64,000 nucleotides of DNA from a bacterium. GTDB lineage: Bacteria; Patescibacteriota; Patescibacteriia; UBA9570. The notes below the pieces were generated by a model that saw nothing but the letters and a program-made list of their open reading frames with translations, was not told where the DNA came from and searched no databases. Position numbers and translations under genes: made by a program. How positions within the stretch are numbered: the stretch's first letter is position 1; each line of letters starts with the position of its first letter. This document shows positions 8,139 to 17,576 of the stretch, one piece after another. Location of the stretch: contig JAUYKW010000018.1 of NCBI GenBank assembly GCA_030698395.1, forward strand, positions 44,726-108,725, written 5' to 3'.

Positions 8139-10247
8139 CTACATTTTTTCTACAAGTTTTTCTGGAATATCTGCAATAAATCTAGAAGCACTTACAATTT
8201 TTGTAGTACCAAACACAGTTCGCTGATTAGCATAAATAAGATATGCTCGTTCACGGGCGCGGGTTAATGCCACATAGCATAGACGACGCTCTTCCTCCAT
8301 TTCTAGTGGTTGGAATAAACTTCTGGCATGTGGAAATAGCCCTTCTTCCATACCTGCAACGAATACGTTATTGAATTCTAAACCTTTAGCAGCGTGTACA
8401 GTCATCATAGTGACTGCATTGGTGCTTTCGTCAACATCATCTTGATCTGAAATGAGAGCAACTTCTTCTAAGAAAGAGTTGATGCCAGCTTGACCAGGTA
8501 AATGATCGAATTTTTTGGTAACTGATTTTAATTCTTCAATATTTTCTATGCGACGTTGATCTTCTGATAGCTTTGGTGAGAATTGATCAGTGTAGCCGGT
8601 TTTGTCTGCAATCATAGTTAGTAAATCAGACGGAGTTTTTTCTGGAGCTGCCGCAATAATTTCTTGCATGGTTTTTTGAAAATTTAAAAAAGCTAGCCTT
8701 TGCTTTTCTCTTAAGGGTGGTAATTTGGTTTCAGATAATTCAACAAAGGTTGCTTCATTATCTCTGCAGGCTTGTTCTATTTTTAGCCAGCTATTTCTGC
8801 CTAATGATCTGGCAGGTATATTATAAATTCGTTCTAAACTTACCCAGTCAGCCGGATTAGCTACTACTTTCATATAAGCGATGAAATCCTTAATTTCTTT
8901 GCGCTCGTAAAATTTAATACCACCGATTAAACGATAAGGGATATTGTATTTCATGAAAGTTTCTTCTAGAGCACGTGATTGAGCATTGGTTCTATATAAA
9001 ATCACATACTCAGCAAGGTTGATATCTCGTTTTTGCCTTTTAATAACTTCTTCTAGAGCTAGATCCACTTTGTAATCTTTGAAAGTTTGACTTTTCATAA
9101 TTTTATCCAAAATGGACTCATCGGCTTCTGCTATTTGAATAGGGGTATATGAAATATCGTCATTGTCTTTTGGTTCGTTATTGTCCGAAAAATCAAATAT
9201 CTCTCTGATAATGAATTCTCCTTCGAGTTGTTCGTTTTCTACCTCTTTTACGACAATTTTATGTCCCCTGTCATTATCCGTCCAAAGAACCTTTTCCTTT
9301 TGAGAGGTATTATATTTAATAACTTCGTTGGCTGCTTCTAAAATACGTTTGGTGGATCGATAATTTTGTTCTAGTAGCACAACAACTGCATCTGGGTAAT
9401 CATCTTCGAAGTCTAGAATATTTTGTAAATTAGCTCCTCGCCATGAGTAGATGGACTGAAAGTCATCTCCTACTACACAGATATTATGATGCTTATCAGC
9501 TAATTGGTGGACTAATGTATATTGAGCATGATTAGTATCTTGATACTCATCAACCAAGATGTATTTAAATGCTGCTTGGTATTTTTTTAATACTTCTGGA
9601 TGTTCCTGAAAAAGTTTTACTGTTAATTGAATCAAATCATCAAAATCAAGTGCATTATTTCGTTGTAATTCCCCTTGATATTTACTATAAACATGAGCAG
9701 CAGTTTTTTCGATAGTTTCACTTGCCTCAGCTTCGTATGCACTAACATCCTTTAAATCATTTTTTGCACTCGATATCATGTATTTAATTATTTTAGGTGC
9801 GATTACTTTAGTATCGTATCCTAAATCTTTCATACATTTTTTAATCAAGGAATCACTATCCGATGCATCGTAGATGACATAATTAGTATCGTATCCTAAG
9901 ATTTCAATTTCTCGTCTTAAAATTTGTACACAAATTGAATGGAATGTACCTACTACCGGTAATTTTTTTACTTTGCCTTTAAGTAACTTTTGTAAGCGAT
10001 CTTTAATTTCTCCAGCAGCTTTGTTTGTGAATGTTACTGCTAAAATATTCCATGGCTTAACATCTTCCGTTGCAATAATGTAAGCAATCCGATGAATTAA
10101 GGTTTTGGTTTTTCCAGAACCAGCTCCAGCTAAAATTAAAAGGGGTCCATTAGTTTGTTGGACCGCTTTGCGTTGTCTATCGTTTAGAGGGGCTAGTAAT
10201 ATATGCATAGCGGATGATAGAATACCACATTTTTTGCAGTGATACAA
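8139..10247 (-). CDS. ATP-dependent DNA helicase, UvrD/PcrA family
   Basis: LNDRQRKAVQQTNGPLLILAGAGSGKTKTLIHRIAYII (helicase motif I), DEYQDTN, VGDDFQSIYSWRGA, and other SF1 UvrD motifs. The true start may be the internal Met at 10208 (MHILLAPLNDRQ). Confidence 0.85.
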   Translation of the reverse strand: MYHCKKCGILSSAMHILLAPLNDRQRKAVQQTNGPLLILAGAGSGKTKTLIHRIAYIIATEDVKPWNILAVTFTNKAAGEIKDRLQKLLKGKVKKLPVVGTFHSICVQILRREIEILGYDTNYVIYDASDSDSLIKKCMKDLGYDTKVIAPKIIKYMISSAKNDLKDVSAYEAEASETIEKTAAHVYSKYQGELQRNNALDFDDLIQLTVKLFQEHPEVLKKYQAAFKYILVDEYQDTNHAQYTLVHQLADKHHNICVVGDDFQSIYSWRGANLQNILDFEDDYPDAVVVLLEQNYRSTKRILEAANEVIKYNTSQKEKVLWTDNDRGHKIVVKEVENEQLEGEFIIREIFDFSDNNEPKDNDDISYTPIQIAEADESILDKIMKSQTFKDYKVDLALEEVIKRQKRDINLAEYVILYRTNAQSRALEETFMKYNIPYRLIGGIKFYERKEIKDFIAYMKVVANPADWVSLERIYNIPARSLGRNSWLKIEQACRDNEATFVELSETKLPPLREKQRLAFLNFQKTMQEIIAAAPEKTPSDLLTMIADKTGYTDQFSPKLSEDQRRIENIEELKSVTKKFDHLPGQAGINSFLEEVALISDQDDVDESTNAVTMMTVHAAKGLEFNNVFVAGMEEGLFPHARSLFQPLEMEEERRLCYVALTRARERAYLIYANQRTVFGTTKIVSASRFIADIPEKLVEKM

Positions 10248-10305
10248 TTTTTCTATATTTTACTAAATTTGTAACCAAGTTGTATTTTTGTGGTAACATT
10301 ATTCT

Positions 10306-11223
10306 ATGCAAGACTTTATAATAAAAACTTCAACCGGAGACGAAATTGAGGTTTATGCTGAACAGTTAGTTAAAAAAAGCAATCAAGGAACAATCGTTGC
10401 CGGTAAACATTTAGGAACCAATGAAGATGTGGTAGTAAAAATATCTCATCCTTTTTCTTTGATTAATGATACAGATCATACAGCTGGTGATAAGACTCAT
10501 GTATTAAGAGAATTAGAGATTTTACCACAGCTGTCTGGAGTTGATGGTATTCCAAAATTCATCGCATCTCATAAGCTGGTTGAGCCAGGAAAAAATGAAC
10601 GATATATTTTTGCAATGTCAAAAGTTAATGGGATTGATTTTGAAGAACGGCGGAAGCAAGATACGGAGCGAAGATTAACATGTGCGGAGGCGACAGATTT
10701 ATTAAAGCAAGTTGGATTAATTTTACAGCAAGCACATGAGCGGGATATTATTCATCGTGATTTAAAATTGAGTAACTTTATGATTTCACCGGATGGTAAG
10801 ATTTCGATAGTGGATTGGGGTACAGCTAAACATATTAGTCAGCCAAAAGATTCTTTTAGCGGTAGTACGCCAGATCATACTGTTATAGGAACGGTGCAAT
10901 TTGTTTCTTACGAACAGATAACTGGTCAGAAGCTAGATCAACGAACAGACATTTATTCACTTGGAGCAGTTACAGCATTGTTACGTTATGGGCCAAAAAT
11001 TAGTCAACGTTACGTGATTGATGAACAAGGTACGGTAACACAGCGCGAGAAAGGAAAGATAGCGAAAGCAGTTGCCGCTCGCGAAACTTTAAAATATGAA
11101 CTGTTTCCTAAGCCTGAAGATGACTGTGAACGTACTTTGCAGGCTGTACTTAAAAAAATGACAGATCCGGATAAGGAGAAGCGTTTTCAGTCAATGAGAG
11201 CAATGATTGAGGCAATTTCTTGA
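10306..11223 (+). CDS. Hanks-type Ser/Thr protein kinase-like protein (catalytic domain only, degenerate Gly-rich loop, DWG in place of DFG)
   Basis: Catalytic loop IIHRDLKLSNFMI. ISIVDWGTAKH (DFG-like). SYE (APE-like). DIYSLGAVTAL (subdomain IX). No TM or sensor domain. Confidence 0.65.
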   Translation: MQDFIIKTSTGDEIEVYAEQLVKKSNQGTIVAGKHLGTNEDVVVKISHPFSLINDTDHTAGDKTHVLRELEILPQLSGVDGIPKFIASHKLVEPGKNERYIFAMSKVNGIDFEERRKQDTERRLTCAEATDLLKQVGLILQQAHERDIIHRDLKLSNFMISPDGKISIVDWGTAKHISQPKDSFSGSTPDHTVIGTVQFVSYEQITGQKLDQRTDIYSLGAVTALLRYGPKISQRYVIDEQGTVTQREKGKIAKAVAARETLKYELFPKPEDDCERTLQAVLKKMTDPDKEKRFQSMRAMIEAIS

Positions 11224-11305
11224 TATATGTTGACGATGATAAAAGTGCATAATTTTAGACGTTGACAATATATAACTAATATTGTAGTATCACTACGTTC
11301 AATTT

Positions 11306-11530
11306 ATGGATCTTAATATCGTAATTTTAATAGCACAGATCATAGTTTCCATTTTAATGGTTGTTGTGATATTGATGCAACAAAAAGGTGCAGGCTTGGG
11401 CTCGGCTTTTGGTGGTGGTGATGCAGTGTACACAACTCGGAGAGGACCAGAAAAGTTTATTTTCAATTCAACTATAATTTTAGCAGTATTATTCCTTGGT
11501 CTAAGTATAGTAGCCTTTTTTCTGCAGTAA
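11306..11530 (+). CDS. secG: Preprotein translocase subunit SecG
   Basis: 74 aa with two hydrophobic helices and the central LMQQKGAGLGSAFGGG motif typical of SecG. Confidence 0.8.
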   Translation: MDLNIVILIAQIIVSILMVVVILMQQKGAGLGSAFGGGDAVYTTRRGPEKFIFNSTIILAVLFLGLSIVAFFLQ

Positions 11531-11538
11531 AGTAATTT

Positions 11539-13308
11539 ATGCCAAATAAGAATCGACGAGAGCGGGCAAGCCGACTTGTTGTGGGAGTATCTAAAAAGAA
11601 GATGCCTTCACTAGGACAGCTCCGCTACATTAATAATTTATTATCAGGTAAAGAAAGAATAATCATTGGATTGAGTTTTTTATTTTTTTTCCTGTCTATT
11701 ATTTTTATTGGGTCTTATCGTTATTTATCAACTACAGAAGTGCAACCAAAGATTGGTGGAGAATACATAGAAGCAGTGGTTGGACATCCGCAATATATTA
11801 ATCCAGTATTATCACAGACCAATGACGTTGATTTGGATATTTCTAAATTATTGTATTCTGGATTATTTATTCGGACCAAGGTTCAGCGTCTAGAACCTGA
11901 TTTAGTGAGCGATTATGAAATTTCAGAAGATCAACTAACATATACATTTTATTTACGAAGAGATGCATATTGGCATGATGGTGAGGCGTTAACTGCTAAT
12001 GACGTAATTTTTACAATACAATCAATTCAAGATCCAAATTATCAGAGTCCTTTAGAACCAAGTTTGCGTGGTGTAGAGGTAGTTAAAGTTGATGACTATA
12101 CATTAACTTTAACATTGAAAGAACCATTTGCTCCTTTCTTATCTAGCTTAACATTCGGTATTTTGCCGGAACATATTTGGTTTAATGCCTATAAAGGATC
12201 GGTACAAAATATTACATTGTCAGAATATAATGTGAAACCTATTGGATCCGGACCCTTCGTGTTTGATAAATTAGTAAAAGATAGTGCTGGAGTACTAAAA
12301 TCTTATACAGTAGTGCCATTTGAAAAATATTATGGAAAACATCCATATCTAGAAAGCGTTACTTTTGTTTTTACACCAGACTTAATAAGTGCTACAGAGT
12401 TATTGCGTCGGAAGGAAGTTGATGCTGTAGCTTTTATCTCACCAGATCAAAAGTTAGAGCTACAAAAACAACATAAACAATTACAATATTACAATTTGAA
12501 ATTGCCTCAGTATACAGCCTTATTTTTTAATCAGGAACATTCCGATATATTAGCTAGAGATGAGGTAAGACAAGCAATTGTGTGGGGTGTAGATCGTGAT
12601 TCAATGATAGAACAGGCATTGCAAGGAGATGGAGAGCCAATTTTCACACCAATTTTAAAAGGGTACATTGGACATAATGATGATATTGAAAAATATGGCT
12701 TTGATATTGCTAAGGGAATAGAAATATTGGAAGAAGGTGGCTGGATACTGGAGGATGGTACTGAATTTAGAACTCGTAAGGACGAAACTTTAGAATTTGG
12801 AATTGCTACGGTGAATCAAGATGAATTCTTAAAAACTTTAGAGATTTTAAAAGAGAATTGGACAAAAATGGGCATAAAGGTTACTGTAGATGTGTATGAG
12901 CCGGAGGATATTCATGAGCAAATCATAAAGCCACGTAAATACGAAGCATTACTATTTGGAGAGATTGTTGGTGTTGATCCAGATCCATACGCATTCTGGC
13001 ATTCAACTCAAATGGAGCATCCTGGGTTAGCATTATCTATTTTTTATCAAAAAAATATTGATGATTTGCTAGAAACTGCACGTAAAGAAAGTGATGAAGA
13101 AGAACGACGATTAAAATACTTACATTTCCAGAATATTTTAGCTGAAGAGTTACCGGCAATTTTCCTTTATAATCCATACTATACTTATGCAATCCATCGA
13201 GATGTGCAGGGTGTAGATCCACAATATATTACTACTCCGGCTGATAGATTTGCTGATATATCCAACTGGTATAGAAAAACTGAACGGGTAAAGAATACGG
13301 ACTCCTAA
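11539..13308 (+). CDS. ABC transporter substrate-binding protein, family 5 (peptide/nickel Opp/Dpp-like), N-terminally membrane-anchored
   Basis: 589 aa with an N-terminal TM (IIIGLSFLFFFLSIIFIGSY). Overall similarity pattern of SBP_bac_5 proteins (YTFYLRRDAYWHDGEALTANDVIFT...). Confidence 0.6.
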   Translation: MPNKNRRERASRLVVGVSKKKMPSLGQLRYINNLLSGKERIIIGLSFLFFFLSIIFIGSYRYLSTTEVQPKIGGEYIEAVVGHPQYINPVLSQTNDVDLDISKLLYSGLFIRTKVQRLEPDLVSDYEISEDQLTYTFYLRRDAYWHDGEALTANDVIFTIQSIQDPNYQSPLEPSLRGVEVVKVDDYTLTLTLKEPFAPFLSSLTFGILPEHIWFNAYKGSVQNITLSEYNVKPIGSGPFVFDKLVKDSAGVLKSYTVVPFEKYYGKHPYLESVTFVFTPDLISATELLRRKEVDAVAFISPDQKLELQKQHKQLQYYNLKLPQYTALFFNQEHSDILARDEVRQAIVWGVDRDSMIEQALQGDGEPIFTPILKGYIGHNDDIEKYGFDIAKGIEILEEGGWILEDGTEFRTRKDETLEFGIATVNQDEFLKTLEILKENWTKMGIKVTVDVYEPEDIHEQIIKPRKYEALLFGEIVGVDPDPYAFWHSTQMEHPGLALSIFYQKNIDDLLETARKESDEEERRLKYLHFQNILAEELPAIFLYNPYYTYAIHRDVQGVDPQYITTPADRFADISNWYRKTERVKNTDS

Positions 13309-13409
13309 TAAATATAAAATATAACTTTGATAGCAGAGGGACTTCGCTAATGTCTCTGCTGTCGTAATTAATAAAGTACTAACAAATAATTGTTAGTTTA
13401 AGAATAAAT

Positions 13410-15218
13410 ATGATAAAAAAATCAGACAAAACATACAGATCAAATGAAGCAGATACAAGGAAGCGAAAAGCGCGAACACTGCAAAGAACGGTAAGTAAAA
13501 GATCCGGTGGTAGAAAAACATTAAGTATTAATGGTTACCAAGGACCAACAAATAAACGTTCAAAATTACGTGTTGCCATTGTAGGTGGCGCAGAAGAAGT
13601 AGGAAGAAACATGACCATGGTTGAATACGGTAATGATATCGTATTGATTGATTGTGGTTTACAGTTTCCAGAAGAAGATCAACCGGGTATTGATTACATC
13701 ATCCCAAATGTTTCTTATCTAAAGGGACGAGAAAAAGATGTAAAGGGTATTATAATTACTCACGGTCATTATGATCACATTGGTGGTATTCCACATATTT
13801 CACCAGTTCTTCACCATCCTCCAATTTATGGTACGAAATTAACTAATGGAATAATTAACAAGCGTCAGGATGATTTTCCTGATAAGGGTAAATTAGATTT
13901 ACGGGAAATTGATCCTGAGAAATCTATTCAACTTGGTATTTTTAACATCGAATTTTTTCGAGTGAATCATAACATCCCTGATTGCGTTGGTATTATTGTA
14001 CATACACCCGAAGGTACATTAGTTCATACTGGAGATTTTAAATTTGACCTTCAACCAATCATGGATGAAGTTACTGATTTTGCAAAGATTGCAAATATTG
14101 GTAAGCAAGGTGTATTAGCTTTGTTGTCCGATTCTACAAATGCTCCTTCACCAGGACATCAGTTATCTGAAAGTAAAATTGGCTTAACACTTGATGAAAT
14201 ATTTAGTAAGTCTACTGGACGAATTATAGTTGGAACATTTGCTTCGTTGTTAAATCGTTTACAGCAAGTAATCTGGATTTCTGAAAAATACGGTCGTAAA
14301 GTAGTTGTAGAAGGATATAGCATGAAGAGTAATATTGAAATATCTCATAAGTTGGGATATTTGAAAGTTAATCCAAAAACATTAATTTCACCAAAAGAAG
14401 CTTTGAAGTTACCAGATGATAAGGTAACTATCATGTGTACTGGTGCTCAAGGAGAGAGTAATGCTGCTTTGATGCGGATTGCAAATCGTGAGCATAGATT
14501 TTTCAAGATTGCTCAAGGAGATACAATAATCTTTTCTTCTTCAGTTATTCCTGGAAACGAAAGAACAGTACAGCGATTGAAAGATACTCTTTTAAAGGAA
14601 GGTGCACATGTAATTCATTATGAAATGATGGATGTTCATGCTGGTGGTCATGCTAAAGCTGAAGATTTGAAATTACTATTCAGATTGTTAAATCCAAAAT
14701 ACATTATCCCTGTGGAAGGAAATAGATTCTTATTAGAAGCTTCAAAAGGTATAGCGAAAGAGTTGGGTTGGACAGATGAGACCGCCTTAGTAACAACTAA
14801 CGGACAAATCATTCAATTTTCTGGTGGCGAAGGTAAGTTACTGAAAGAAAAAATTCCAACTGATTATGTAATGGTTGATGGATTAGGTGTTGGAGATGTA
14901 CAAGAAATTGTATTACGTGATCGACAGTTAATGAGTGAGGACGGAATGTTTGTGATTATCGTTACTATTAAGAAACAAACTGGAGAATTAATCGGTAGTC
15001 CAGATATTATTTCTCGTGGTTTCGTGTACATGAAAGATGCAAAGCATTTAATTGAGGATGCTCGTAGTCAAGTAAAGAAAATATGTGCTAAGAATAATCC
15101 AGAGAATGCATCAAATCCTATGTGGTTGAAGAATAAGTTGCGAGATGATATGGGTCAGTTCTTATTTCAAAGAATTCAAAGACGACCAATGATTCTGCCA
15201 GTTGTGGTAGAAGTTTAA
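13410..15218 (+). CDS. rnj: Ribonuclease J (metallo-beta-lactamase/beta-CASP RNase) with a basic N-terminal extension of about 50 aa
   Basis: LRVAIVGGAEEVGRNMTMVEYGNDIVLIDCG, HGHYDHIGG motif, beta-CASP region and C-terminal domain. N-terminal MIKKSDKTYRSNEADTRKRKARTLQRTVSKRSGGRK is K/R-rich. Confidence 0.85.
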   Translation: MIKKSDKTYRSNEADTRKRKARTLQRTVSKRSGGRKTLSINGYQGPTNKRSKLRVAIVGGAEEVGRNMTMVEYGNDIVLIDCGLQFPEEDQPGIDYIIPNVSYLKGREKDVKGIIITHGHYDHIGGIPHISPVLHHPPIYGTKLTNGIINKRQDDFPDKGKLDLREIDPEKSIQLGIFNIEFFRVNHNIPDCVGIIVHTPEGTLVHTGDFKFDLQPIMDEVTDFAKIANIGKQGVLALLSDSTNAPSPGHQLSESKIGLTLDEIFSKSTGRIIVGTFASLLNRLQQVIWISEKYGRKVVVEGYSMKSNIEISHKLGYLKVNPKTLISPKEALKLPDDKVTIMCTGAQGESNAALMRIANREHRFFKIAQGDTIIFSSSVIPGNERTVQRLKDTLLKEGAHVIHYEMMDVHAGGHAKAEDLKLLFRLLNPKYIIPVEGNRFLLEASKGIAKELGWTDETALVTTNGQIIQFSGGEGKLLKEKIPTDYVMVDGLGVGDVQEIVLRDRQLMSEDGMFVIIVTIKKQTGELIGSPDIISRGFVYMKDAKHLIEDARSQVKKICAKNNPENASNPMWLKNKLRDDMGQFLFQRIQRRPMILPVVVEV

Positions 15219-15256
15219 GATCCTTTCCTGTCTGTAAAAATGTAGGGTCAGTATTT

Positions 15257-15296
15257 GAAAAGTAGAAACGTAGCATGCTACGTTTCTACTTTTTTA
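15257..15296 (+). terminator. Rho-independent terminator (perfect 28 nt palindrome plus T-tract) after rnj
   Basis: GTAGAAACGTAGCATGCTACGTTTCTAC at 15262..15289, flanked by AAAA and TTTTTT. Confidence 0.8.
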
Positions 15297-15300
15297 TTTA

Positions 15301-15309
15301 TGCTATAAT
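15301..15309 (+). promoter_or_regulatory. Extended -10 promoter element TGcTATAAT, 7 nt upstream of the trpS ATG (probable leaderless transcript)
   Basis: TGCTATAAT at 15301..15309, ATG at 15316, no Shine-Dalgarno. Confidence 0.45.
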
Positions 15310-15315
15310 ACAAAT

Positions 15316-16296
15316 ATGAAAAAACGTATATTATCAGGAGTACAACCAACTGGAGCATTACATTTAGGTAATTATATTGGTGCTTTAAGACAATGGGTTG
15401 ATCTACAGCATGAAACAGATGCATATTTTTGTATCGTTGATTATCATGCTATTACCGTGAAACAGGATACTCAGGAATTGTATGATAATATTCATTCATT
15501 AGCAGCCATGTATGTGGCAGTAGGTTTAGATCCATCAAAAGTTACTTTATTCAAGCAATCTGATGTGTCGGCTCATACTGAGTTGGCATGGATTTTGAAT
15601 AATTTCACTCACATGGGAGAGCTACAGCGTATGACGCAGTATAAGGATAAAGCAAAGGGAAACGGTAAACAAACTGTTGGCCTGTTTACATATCCAGTAT
15701 TAATGGCAGCAGATATTTTGTTGTACCAACCGCACATGGTTCCAGTGGGTGAAGATCAAAAGCAACATGTTGAATTGACTAGGAATATAGCTCAGAGATT
15801 TAATAATAGATTTAGCGAAACTTTTCGTGTACCAGATGTAATGCATCCAAAAGACGGAGCAAGAATTATGAGTTTGGATGATCCTAATACCAAGATGAGC
15901 AAAACGGGATCTTCTCAGTGGGGATACATTGCTCTAAGTGATGCTCCAGATGTAGTGATGAAAAAAATTAAGAAGGCAGTAACTGATTCAGGTAGTACGA
16001 TAGAAGCATCTGCTGATAAACCAGCATTAACAAATTTATTAGTTATATATTCAGCAGTTTCCGGAAAAACAGTTGGTGAGTTAGAAGAATTGTATCATGG
16101 TCAGGGTTATGGAAAATTTAAGAAAGAATTAGGTGAAGCTATAGTTACTTGGTTAGAGCCGATTCAAGAACGATATCACGAGTTAATACAGAATTATGAT
16201 GAGTTACAGGCAATTCTTAAACAAGGTCAGGAACGAGCCTCAGTTGTAGCGCAGGTCACCTTGGATGATGTAAAAACAAAGATCGGAGTTATTTAG
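15316..16296 (+). CDS. trpS: Tryptophan--tRNA ligase
   Basis: Class I aaRS N-terminus SGVQPTGALHLGNYIGAL (HIGH-like) and KMSKTG (KMSKS). Length 326 aa. Confidence 0.9.
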   Translation: MKKRILSGVQPTGALHLGNYIGALRQWVDLQHETDAYFCIVDYHAITVKQDTQELYDNIHSLAAMYVAVGLDPSKVTLFKQSDVSAHTELAWILNNFTHMGELQRMTQYKDKAKGNGKQTVGLFTYPVLMAADILLYQPHMVPVGEDQKQHVELTRNIAQRFNNRFSETFRVPDVMHPKDGARIMSLDDPNTKMSKTGSSQWGYIALSDAPDVVMKKIKKAVTDSGSTIEASADKPALTNLLVIYSAVSGKTVGELEELYHGQGYGKFKKELGEAIVTWLEPIQERYHELIQNYDELQAILKQGQERASVVAQVTLDDVKTKIGVI

Positions 16297-16297
16297 T

Positions 16298-17575
16298 ATG
16301 ATTTTAATTTTGGGATTAGGTAGCTATCCCCAAGGCAGTGGCACATCAGCTGCATTATTTTTAGCTAAACAAGGGCATGAACTTGTAGTGACTGACTTAA
16401 AAACAGCTAATCAACTTCATCAACCAACTTTACGTAAGTTGAAAGCATTTTCTAATGTTACATTAGTATTAAGAAAACATCGCAAGCAGGACATTAAGCG
16501 AGCAAAATTAATTGTCAGAAATCCTGGTGTACCAGATTGGTCACCTTTTATTGAATATGCTCATCAATTAAAGAAGCCTATTACAAATGATGTGGGATTA
16601 TTCCTGGATGCTTTACGAGAAAGGTACTCACATGCAGAGGTTCCTGTAATTGGTATAACTGGTACCAGAGGCAAGAGTACAACTACTGCGATTATGGGTG
16701 ATGTGTTTAAAACTCATTTTGGAGAGCAGACTATTCATGTTGGTGGAAATATTGGAAAATCCCCATTAACTTTTTTGCATCATATTAAGTCTAGACATAT
16801 TGTGATATTAGAATTATCTAGTTGGCTTTTACATGATTTGCACAAACCTAGATTTACGGTAACAGTGATGACAAATCTTTTGCGTGATCATATGAATTAT
16901 TATCCATCCATGACTTTGTATCGCAAAGATAAAGAAAGAATTTTTTTAGGCCAAACTGCTGATGAATATGCGATTGTTAATCAGGATGACGTGATAGTAC
17001 AAAAAATGGCCAAGCATACTAAAGCATCAGTAATAAGTTTTCAAAAGGAGCGAGTGGCTGGCATGAAGTTATTGGGAGAGCATAATCAATATAATATTGG
17101 CGCTGCAATTGAAGTAGCGAAACTATTTAATATTCCAACAACTACAATTGAGAGAGTTATTAAGAATTTTTCTGGAATAGCTAATCGGTTAGAACAAATC
17201 AGAGTATATAAAAAACGAGAATTCTATAATGATACGACTGCAACTACTCCAGATGCAACTATAGCGGCATTAAGATCGTTCAAGAAAAAGGTTATTCTAA
17301 TTGCGGGCGGTAACACCAAACGATTATCCTTGAAAGATTTAAATAAGGAGATCGTTGGCGGAGTAAAGAGTTTAATTTTACTTCCAGGAAATGCAACAAA
17401 TCAATTTCCAGCTGGTATTGAGGTAGCAACTATGAAACAAGCTGTACATACTGCGTGGAATTTATCAAAACAAGGAGATATTATTTTATTATCTCCGGGT
17501 GTAACTTGGTTACCAAAAATGAACGAGTTTGAGCGTGGCAAGCTATTCGTTCGTGAGGTTAAAAGATTAAAATAA
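16298..17575 (+). CDS. murD: UDP-N-acetylmuramoylalanine--D-glutamate ligase (MurD)-like Mur ligase
   Basis: N-terminal Rossmann-like MILILGLGSYPQGSGTSAALFLAKQGHELVVTDLK. Mur ligase P-loop IGITGTRGKSTTTAIM. C-terminal Mur ligase domain. Confidence 0.7.
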   Translation: MILILGLGSYPQGSGTSAALFLAKQGHELVVTDLKTANQLHQPTLRKLKAFSNVTLVLRKHRKQDIKRAKLIVRNPGVPDWSPFIEYAHQLKKPITNDVGLFLDALRERYSHAEVPVIGITGTRGKSTTTAIMGDVFKTHFGEQTIHVGGNIGKSPLTFLHHIKSRHIVILELSSWLLHDLHKPRFTVTVMTNLLRDHMNYYPSMTLYRKDKERIFLGQTADEYAIVNQDDVIVQKMAKHTKASVISFQKERVAGMKLLGEHNQYNIGAAIEVAKLFNIPTTTIERVIKNFSGIANRLEQIRVYKKREFYNDTTATTPDATIAALRSFKKKVILIAGGNTKRLSLKDLNKEIVGGVKSLILLPGNATNQFPAGIEVATMKQAVHTAWNLSKQGDIILLSPGVTWLPKMNEFERGKLFVREVKRLK

Positions 17576-17576
17576 T

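Noticed and set aside
13378-13397. 8 bp inverted repeat ACTAACAA-ATAA-TTGTTAGT upstream of rnj
   Set aside because: Could be an operator or a weak terminator for the upstream SBP gene. It has no T-tract and no second copy in the window, so it is too weak to call as a feature.
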